The position numbers were made by a program, and so were the translations under genes. Of a DNA stretch of 64,000 bases, positions 54,596 to 64,000 are shown one piece after another; the stretch's first letter is position 1; every line of letters starts with the position of its first letter. Below the pieces are notes generated by a model. It did not search any database, was not told the DNA's origin, and worked only from the letters and a program-made list of their open reading frames with translations. Source of the stretch: Marsupella aquatica (lineage: Eukaryota > Plantae > Marchantiophyta); assembly GCA_973895155.1 (NCBI GenBank), contig OZ316898.1:3038480-3102479 (forward strand), read 5' to 3'.

Positions 54596-55978
54596 GCTCT
54601 GGCGGCCATAGGGACCCAGGCGCGGGGAGGGGGCTCCGGGAAATACGATCTACTCCAGCTGTAAAGCAATTTGATGGTGATTCCAGTTGATGCTCCAAGT
54701 TTTCGTGTGCAGCAGAGCCGTAACGTCTTCCGTGAATTCGATCTGCCACTCCAGCTGCGACGCGATGTTTATTAACTTTGGGTTGCTGTTATTGGAGGGT
54801 TTCTGGGTTGAACAAAATCGATCTAGCATCAACGTGTCATGTTGATGTTTCGAAGGAGATCACATGGCGAACGTCACATACCGCACGGTGCAGTCCAAAC
54901 AAATAGTTGTGATTTACATCTCCAGAAACTATCGAGCCACGAGACAAGATCCACATTTTGACACAAGGTGGAGGTGGGGGAAAATCCGAGGTTTCCAAAC
55001 GACTATTACGTAGTTGCAACTGTCTCTGTGAAATGGAATGTCAGCTCGAGTTCTGCGCTACATTCAACACTTTACCTTCAACACCTTTCGTGCTGTAATT
55101 GTCCACTTAACCCTTATAGAGCACTCTGAAATTCCAACTGCAGTTCGCTGAGAACCAAAGTTCGAGCTTTCGATATTTTGTATTGGTTAGGAGTCTAATA
55201 AAAGGTTCTTCGAAACAACTTTTCTTTGCACTAAGGTCTTCGCGAAGATTAGTTCAGTAATCGTTTGTTACCAACTTAGTACAAACATTCTTTCTATCCT
55301 TACTAAACTTCCCTTTAGAGACGATCAGCCTAGCAACAGTTGACAAATGTACTAGATCTTTCCATCCTTAGTAGATCCTCTTGAAGAGAACGAGCTTGGT
55401 GTATGTTTCAAACGTGTACAATATTTTCTCTGGAACAAGCGTCTTACTAATGTTTTCTCACAACATGCTATACTAGACATTTGGTGTTAAGTGGTCATGG
55501 GGCTCCAAATTGGATTATATATAGGTGGTTTCACCACAAGCAAACCACATCGACGTTCTGTCGTGGGTTTGACACTCGGGTTTGACACTCTAAACATACT
55601 CAAAACCATCGACCTTCAAGAACATTATAAACAAATGAACATCATGCAGAATCAAAACCCTGATGCTCTGAGGAACATGCAATTTCTACATGAGAGATTA
55701 AAATCTACTATACAGGTCTGCCCTGACCATGCCCTCCACTTTCAGTAGTGAGTGATCCATCTACTGATGCCAACCACCAAGACTTTGACATGCGACGCAG
55801 GCAAGTCAGCAGTCCAAGGAATATACCCCAATGAGAGGTATGCTGAACAAGGATTACAGGTATCAATTTGGAGAGAGGTATACACCCGGGACCGGGTAGA
55901 GATGCCAAGCACTGAAATTCGTTGGACCTTTCGCCCACGTAAAGTGTGAAGGTGCAAGGTCTGGAGAACCTATTTCAC

Positions 55979-58139
55979 CTAGTACCGGGTAGAGATGCGA
56001 GGCATGGAGAATTTGTTGCGCCTTTCATGGTACAGACGGAGAATTACAGCAGCTGTTTCTTCTATCGCTTTCCCTGTTACCTCTGCATACATTTAGGATA
56101 TGAAATACGTCAAAAGAAAGACTGAGTTTTAATAGAGACTAGCCGCGAGCCAAAATTTGGATTGACCCAGCTCACTTTCTCCTCATTAGGAATCATCATC
56201 ACAAAGAAACATCGCCAACTTAGCAGTTGCCTTTGCAATATTGGCAACTAGTGACAATGAACAGATAAAGACATTACTAGATGGAACCATGCACCCGAAT
56301 GTGTGTACGACAATGGACAACCAACCCAAATGCAACAATAAGACAGTACCCCTGATCTTCATGACCAATCATGCAATTTCAGTAACCAAGTCTTCTACAA
56401 ATAGGGCATATTAACGGTTATGTTCTTGAGAGGATGCAGCAGACAAGTTTAATGTTAGTAGATGATCCAACCAGATATTAGGACAGACAAAGCAGACGAC
56501 TTACTTGACCCAGCAAGTTAGAGGAATTTTCAGACTTTCAGGCCACCTCCAGCAATATTACTTACCAATTACTGGCCACCGAGGATGCTGAGAAAACAGC
56601 TTTCTGCTGTACTCGAGCTCTTTCCTGATGTGTTCCATGTCACTGTAAGAACTCCGGGAGTCTTCAGCAACCCCTAAATGTCTGTACCGGGCTAAGCGAA
56701 TTGCTTTCAAGAAATTGGCATTGATGGTCAATCCAAACACTTTATCCTGATCGATTTCAAACAACTCCTTCGGTGGGTCAATGCCATACACTAGGGGTAC
56801 ATTGGCCACCTTGTATCCTTTCTGGGCGATGTAAGTCGAAAGAGGTGTCTTGCTAGTCCTTGAAACTCCAACCAACACTAGATCTGCCAGACCAAGGTTC
56901 TTCGGCAGGGCTCCATCATCCTGTTTAATGGTGAATTCAACCGCGTCTATTCGCTTGAAGTACTGCTTGGACAGTGAACTCTTTCGGCCTGGAGCTCCAC
57001 GCGGAAGACCCAAAGGTGTTACCCCAAGGTGATTTGCAATGGCCTCAGTGATAGGCCCCAGAATGTCAATGTGTGGTACCAGCAAATGCTCACAAGCTTC
57101 CTTGGCACCTTCTGCCATAGCAGGGTCAGCTAAAGTGTACACTACCATCCCTCTCTCGAGACCTGCCTGCCGAATGATCTCCATTAGCCTATCTACATCA
57201 TTCACCTGCAATGAATATGATCAGAACAGTTGTGTAGGATAAAGGCGGATGCATATACTTATAAGCACAGGAGCTCAATGACTTGATGAGAAATAACGCT
57301 TGACGAAATTAAGATCTGTTCAATTTCAGAGCCATCCCATCCAGAGGCAGAGGTCCAGATTTAGGTAGTAGGACGGAATCAGCACTCACATCTGAGAAGA
57401 GATGTGTGTTGACAGAACAACGCCGGTCCACCATACAGTGCTCAAATTGCCCGAGTGCAGCATGAACAGAATGGTCAGCAGTCCAACCAGTCCCATCCGA
57501 AATCATGAACACAGATTTCTCGTAGCCCTCTGGTGATGTCATGAACCCATCATCCTCTGCCCCCTCAAAGTTCTCATCATCATCTCTGGCAGCTTCCCTC
57601 TCCACAATCTCCTGCCTCGTCTCAGCCTCTTCTTCTGCTACTTCGTCCGCCACGGTCGGACGAAGTATCGACTCGTTCTTCTTCTGTGTGGTCGTCAGCT
57701 TTCCTGCCCTGATTTTCCGAGCCCTTGCCCACCTAGAGAGCTGTCCACTCGGCCTGATCTTCGCCCCACCTCCGCCTCCACTGCTTCCTTCTACTCCTTG
57801 TGCTGTTGTGGCTCCGTTACCAGAATTTTCGTCCTCTGTCTGCTGCACAGAGGCAATTCCTGTAGCCGAGGTCTTTAGCCTTGCAACTGCCCTGCTTCGA
57901 TTCTCAAGCCCTTCCCACAAGATCTCTTCATTGCATTGAATCCCGGGCTGTCTGCCAGATTCCTCATACTGCCAGTTAATAGCCCTTTGCCCAGAATTGT
58001 GCACTCTAATGGGTTTCACGACTGACCTCCATGGCCAAGCCCCTCTTTTAGAATAAAGCCCCTGAGCAGAGCAGGAAGATGGCTTCCTGTGGAAAGAACC
58101 AAGGCTGCATCGATGAATTGGGTTGTTGTCACTATCAGA
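55979..58139 (-). CDS. RP1: Pyruvate, phosphate dikinase regulatory protein (PDRP/RP1); 5' start unresolved
   Basis: [86 protein letters not shown]...MPRISTRY. Exons (58139 or 58086)-57390, 57205-56566, 56082-55979. The frame is open up to a TGA at 58140-58142 with no ATG in the N-terminal part. Confidence 0.88.
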
Positions 58140-58140
58140 T

Positions 58141-58922
58141 CACGTGGGTCCAAAAACTAGGGAGAGACTCCACTCCCGTTCAGAATCGGGGTTGGCATGG
58201 GACAAAAACGGCTACCAATGCCAGCAAACAGTAAAACAGCACAAAGTCCTCTGTATAACGTGAACACTTAAATCTTCCAATTGCTCTGGACTCTGAGACT
58301 GACCACAGATTTTCCAAGAGCAAGCTGAAAAATTGCGGAACTGAAACACGAACGGGTAGTGGATGGTGGTGAGAGTACCACAAACCTCTGTGCTTGCAAT
58401 CTAGCGGTGCTGATGCGGATGTTGGCATCAGCCATGATCCCGGCCACAGCGCAGCCCACATGGTCATCGATCTTGTCCATCTTCTCCGGTGGCCAAGAGC
58501 TTCGAAATCACCCGCTTCTCGGCAGCAAGGACGACCCCGTCCTTGGCCAGCACTCAGATGGCAGCGCCGGCGTTGCTGATGGCCTCCATGGCGTACTCGA
58601 CTTGGTATAGCCAGCCCTCCGGCGAGAAAATGGTCGTTCTGCTGTCACATCGTCCAGACATTTTCTTGGGAATCGAATTGGATCGCTGAAGCTGCTAGCC
58701 GGGAGCGAATTGCGTGTCTCGTCGACCAGCGCAGATGAGCACAGATGGGATCAGAGGGCAGGTAGGAAGAGAGGGAAGAGCAGAGCAAGAGCGATGGCGA
58801 CCAGCGCGAGAGAGAAAGCTTGTGAAGGTCGTCTCGAGGCACGACATAGGCAAGACTACTCTTGTACGCGAAGCCTCGGCTTGAAGGCCAAGGAATGCCT
58901 TACAGTAAAGTGCTTACAGACT
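58141..58922 (-). pseudogene. Partial duplicate of PAC1 (upstream region, exon 1 and part of intron 1)
   Basis: Colinear with ~30505-31366. ATG 58661 reads [35 protein letters not shown] then TGA (GGA>TGA). There is an 11-bp deletion at ~58488, the GT donor is retained at 58385, and exon 2 is absent. Confidence 0.93.
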
Positions 58923-59697
58923 ACACATAGACCCCATTAGTCAAATCTGACGGTTAACCTTAAATCTAGGGAGGTCTGACAGTTAAAAACTTAGTCTCTG
59001 AAAAATGGATAAGGAATGTTCCTAGCATCTTCGCAATCGCAGAAGGTGACAAAGTATGAATCTCACAGTGCTATAAATTACTTTGAGGGACTACATTACC
59101 TCCCGCTGTGCGGATTCTCTTCTACTCTCCCCTCAGTAGTCTTTGGAAGCTCTCGCTCGATTCGGCAAGTACAGTAAGGTCGAGCATTTTACTCTGAATG
59201 AATTGATAACACTTGTCTAGTTCGTTCAGGAGGTTCGCACAACTACTGTAGGTCCAAGTATCCTCTCAAGCGACTGGAAAGGAATGTTAGCTCGACTAAA
59301 CAGCACTGTGTCTTTCGCACAACTAGGTCTAAGCATTTTCTCAAACTCAAGAAAGAAATGTTAGCTCGACTGATCAGCACTCTGTCTCGTTTTCCTTCGC
59401 TACCACATCTGGTTAGCTTGACAAACACTCTGCTGTGGCTGCACTTGCTTTTTGAGTATTCAGCGATCTTCGAATCTGATGTACGTAATGAATTTCTGCA
59501 ATGATTGCTCCTGCAGCTCATTTGAACGTCTCTTCGGCGATCGGGACTCCCGGTTATCATGGTCTAAGAAGTAACTGAAGAAAATTAAGAATCCCGCCGG
59601 CTGAAGAAAAATTTCTTCCCGTCCCGTGCGATTCCCCGACAGACAAGGGCCCTTTGGACGCACAGACGGACAACCATTTGTTAGGGAGAGCTCTCTC

Positions 59698-62540
59698 ATG
59701 ATGAAAGGCCGTGGGGTGCAAATCATTATGGACGCTTGCCGCTCCTCATTGTTCTCCACTTCGCTCTTCTCAGCTTCCCACAGTGCGTCAACTCTGTTGC
59801 AACGGCGGTTGGGGAGTCGCTGGATGTCCAATCTGCCTGAGGCCACAGTCTACGGAGGACCCGTTTCGCAGGCATCTGTGAAACGCGTCACTTTGAGGCA
59901 ATTGCAAAAGAAGTACGCGACTGGCCAGGTGCGTGGGTGTGGGACAACACCGGCTGAAATGTTGTCATGTTGTTGGAGGTCCTGCTGAGATTGTCGAGCT
60001 TCGATTGCTCGGATGGTTAAATCCAGAAATGTGAATAGTCCTGGCTAAAGAATTTCAGGCGAGCAATCTACATGGAGCATCCTCAGGCGAGCCACATCCA
60101 GAAATATGATTAGTCAGCACAATTCTTTAGCCGAGTAGATATGAGTAGGGGAATTAACATAGTTCGTTTGGATGGAGCAGCCGATCACGATGGTCACAGC
60201 TTATGATTACCCATCGGCAGTGCACGTAGACCAAGCGGGGATAGATGTGGCTTTGGTGGGCGACTCTGTGGCAATGGTGGTGCATGGGCATGACACCACT
60301 CTGCCAATAACCCTTGATGATATGTTGCTCCACTGCCGAGCAGTAGCTCGTGGAGCGCAACGACCCCTCTTGGTGGGAGACTTGCCATTTGGCTCCTACG
60401 AACAAAGTACCCAGCAGGTGTGTGCTCGTAACTCCACCAGGCCAATTTCTTACTTGCACTGCTTCAAATTACTTGGCATCTTCCCTTTCTCTCAGTATCG
60501 ACTCTTAACATTCGTTTACTCTCTGTCTTTCACCAATTGGGAATAGAACTTGAAAATCGACCCATTCATTTGCTCATTATTCTCGCTTTCAATTTATGTT
60601 GACAATGAGTACTGTTTCTTCAGGGTTTTCTCTCTTTTCGACATCTATTGAAATTTCGTCTTGGTCATAACGCGTAAAGTAGACAAGAGTATGCAAATTT
60701 GTTGTCTCTTTGAATGGAATTCAATTGGATGTTTCAAGGTAAAAAAGAATATGCAAATCTGGGTCAACAGAAGCTTGAGGCCATCGTTTCAGTCGGTCGA
60801 TGCCAAGCTTCACCTCCAGCTGTCCTATGATGAGCTCTAAGCGTCACTAAGTTAATATGAGGTGAACCTTCACACGTGCAAAGTCACCTCCTTAAAATTT
60901 TCCAAGGAAACAATTGACTTGGGTTGAGTGTAACGACAGGGCAGGCAGTGGATAGTGCAACTCGGATGTTGAAGGAAGGTGGCATGGACGCTGTGAAGAT
61001 GGAAGGAGGCATAGGGTCAAGGGTTGCAGCAGCCAGAGCCATAGCGGAGGCTGGAATCGCTGTAATGGGGCATGTGGGCCTCACACCACAAGCTATCAGC
61101 GTACTGGGTGGCTTTCGACCCCAGGGCCGGAGCTCTGGGGGTGCTGTCCAGGTACCTTGCCATTTGTTTCTATTTTGTATATGAGAATTACCATTGGTGT
61201 TCTATCAGAATGATTGATGTGACCATCTCAAAGATTTCAATGGAGGAAGGCTCACATAAACACAACGAGATTGCTGAAGTATTATGAAACTGTCAGGTCT
61301 TGGAGCATGCATTAGCCTTACAGGATGCAGGCTGTTTTTCTTTGGTACTCGAATGTCTACCATCTCCTGTGGCAGCCGCCTTGACTGCAACTCTTGAGAT
61401 TCCTACCATTGGTATTGGTGCTGGGCCACAATGTAGTGGACAAGTGAGTCTCTCCTACATACACAGGGATTCCTATGGAATCCCTATGGTTGATTTGTCA
61501 ATTGAATGTGCATGATAGCCCGTAGAAGGGATCCAAATCCATGGCATGATCTAATATTTTGGTTCGCCCTCATTCACAATCAGTGACAGTATGACTAAAA
61601 GATCTCGTTGAGAGATTAAAATGCTGGTTATTTTGGATTCTGATTGTGGCTATTAAAACCTCGGAAGTATCGCTTAAGCACAGTCGAGCAATTCAATCTT
61701 TTGTTCTTCTTGGCTCTCTTGATATTCTGATGTTTGTGTATGTTGATTGCGGCTGCAACATACTGTGGTCATTTCAAAACATTATGGTGGTGAAAGTTTG
61801 GTTAACCAATTCGAAGAAGTGTAGGTGAAGCACCATGAAGCACCATGTGGACCACAGCTACAATTTTCTTTTATTGACAATACAATATGAAGTGTCGCTC
61901 ATGTACTGTATTTGTATTGCTTGCAGGTATTGGTTTATCATGACATTCTTGGAATGATGCAGCATCCTCATTATCTGAAGGTATATTCTCCCAAGACGAC
62001 ATTCTAGCAAAAGCTGTAGTTGTCAGTCACGTGTGCACATCTGCTTTCAAGGAGAATATTTGTGTATCGTCATATTTGCCTTCATCGAAAGAAGCACTGC
62101 AATTTTATGAGGATTCGCGTAACCGTCCGGACATTCCAGTACTTAATCTCTTTCCTGCGTTCTTTGCAGCCCCACCCACATCCAGCTTTTGCTGGAACAT
62201 AATGTTTTGTGGGATCGGTAGTTGCTCCAATTTGTCTGTAAGGAATGAACATAACATATCTCCGGCTTTTGTGTGGCAGGTTACCCCCAAGTTTTGTAAG
62301 CTGTATGCCAAAGTAGGCGAGGTTGTACAAGCAGCTTTGAGTGAATACAGTGAGGAGGTCTCGACAGGAGTTTTCCCATCGCCAGCTCACACTCCTTATC
62401 GACTGGAAAAGAATCAGCTCGAGCCTTTTATCAAGGAGTTAGAGAATAGAGGTTTCCATGATGCTGCAGAGGCAGCTCATGGAGCTGCTAAGGTTGACCA
62501 GGAAGCTGATAGTTTGAAAACCAAGATCTCCACTGGCTAG
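59698..62540 (+). CDS. panB: 3-methyl-2-oxobutanoate (ketopantoate) hydroxymethyltransferase, mitochondrial, 6 exons
   Basis: Presequence followed by [82 protein letters not shown]. Exons 59698-59928, 60181-60417, 60945-61151, 61297-61443, 61927-61980, 62280-62540. The start could alternatively be 59701 or 59728. Confidence 0.94.
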
Positions 62541-64000
62541 GTTACGTGGCACCCAGCCTTTTGTTTGGAAGCTTTGCAAAGGTCTCTCTAGATCGTGGGG
62601 GTTGAGCGTCTCATCACTTTTGTTTTTGTCAGTGCACTTTCGAGTGACGTATCGTCAGAAAGTGGAAGCTTTGGAAACAAAATCTCTTTCATTGAGGTTC
62701 TCGGAACCTGTAGTCCTTTAGAAAGCGACCATTTACAGTTGAAGCGGAATAAAAGCTCAAAAATAAGTCAAGATTCAAAATTGACATTTTGAAAGATGTA
62801 ATGCCTGAAGTTCGTCTCGTAGAGTTTTTTCCAAGATTCTGGAAACCTCATGCCGGCATTTTCTAGGCATGGGCAATCTAAAACGATCCCTATGATGCCA
62901 GTGCCCATTTTCCCCTGCAATGTCTTCATTAGAAAACCTGAAGGATGTCGTTTCCCTTGTGAGGTTGCTGTGTGCGATCCTCATGGCCATTATCACCATT
63001 TGGGGTGGTTATGATACAGCCTTGCACGTCCTAGGTCTTTGAAAGTGGACCATGTAGAACTCTGCAATGCCAAGCAAAGAGGACGGACCAACAATTTCAC
63101 AACCCACCTTGGAAGGATAACGTGTCACAACTTATTATTAATGGAGCTAACAACTGATGGGGAAGGTCCTCTATCTTTCGAATCTTCAGTTTCACAATAG
63201 ATTCCAGCTATTTGCGTTTGCATACCCTGACACAGTAGCAACTCGGAAACTTATATATATGGAAGTACGAGTTGAGAGCGTTTTCAAGTAAGGGATTGGG
63301 ATCCATGGATTCAGCTCTAAGCTATTACGAGTAAACTGTCCAAGCATGAATAGCAGGAACCGTCTTGGCGCCGAAGTGATCAAATTTTGAAGTCCACTCA
63401 TCGGGTAGGGAAGAGGAAGAAATTCTGAAGGTCTCTTTAGGACCAGGATCGCCTCAAACAAATCACAGTTCACATCTTGATCCTAACTTGGCAGTGTGTC
63501 AAGATAGCCGGGCTGTAATAGTCCATCGGACTTGTTTGTCGAACGTTGTAATTCATTGGGCTTCTTTTTCCAGATGCGTGTCTTGAGGTCCCCCTTTTGA
63601 AAGAAAATTTTAAGACAAGCCCTGACTCGAATCGCAGTTTAGATTTGGAAGCTCGGCTCAACTGAGCTTGGCTCAGTACAGGTCAATCCCAAGTGACAGA
63701 ATTGTCAAAGTGCACGCAACAAATTCTTCGAGTGACACCGCAATTACCACCTCGGTTGACAGTTATTCCCGTAGTGCAGCAGCGTAGCGGAAACGAGGCG
63801 GACGAAGAAAAGGAAGAGAAGAAATGGCTGTGGGTGACGTGTAATGGTAAGGGCGGGTCGTCACAGTCATGTCCGAGAGGGGTGGAGTGGGCTCCTGAGG
63901 GTTGCAGTGCGCTAGATTTCGTTAGATCGGGTTACATTGGGCGCATTGACGGGAGTGTGGAGGGGAAAGGTTGCTATGAGTGAAGTGATGAAAGGGAGCA

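Noticed and set aside
57541-57939. Antisense ORFs over RP1, enolase, PAC1, PDI and kelch genes
   Set aside because: Shadow frames of real coding exons with no independent evidence.
62775-63983. Short ORFs at the window end (possible LINE ORF1 relic)
   Set aside because: No clear motif; cannot be supported without a search.

Overview
Eukaryotic nuclear DNA from a land plant. It has spliceosomal GT-AG introns and plastid/mitochondrial targeting peptides; the compact, intron-poor genes suggest a bryophyte such as a liverwort, but that is inference only. Eight protein-coding genes could be reconstructed by hand: a membrane-anchored protein disulfide isomerase (PDIL5-2 type, -), plastid enolase (+), an EUL/ricin-B lectin (+), proteasome alpha-3 PAC1 (-), a class-IV PLP aminotransferase (DAAT/ADC lyase type, -), an intronless F-box/kelch gene (-), PPDK regulatory protein RP1 (-) and ketopantoate hydroxymethyltransferase panB (+). 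Between 40129 and 50216, one decayed Ty1/copia element is nested in the opposite orientation inside a related one; LTRs, PBS, PPT and TSDs are all resolvable. The most unusual observation concerns RP1, which has no in-frame ATG of its own. Its 5' end abuts a degenerate duplicate of the PAC1 promoter, exon 1 and part of intron 1, and the retained PAC1 splice donor can join RP1 in frame, making this a candidate chimeric gene. Also seen: a triplicated PAC1 promoter segment, a ~72-bp copy of kelch-gene sequence between two repeat copies 14 kb away, and a short group II intron RT/maturase fragment. No CRISPR array, tRNA or rRNA gene was recognised. All alignments and identities were made by eye.
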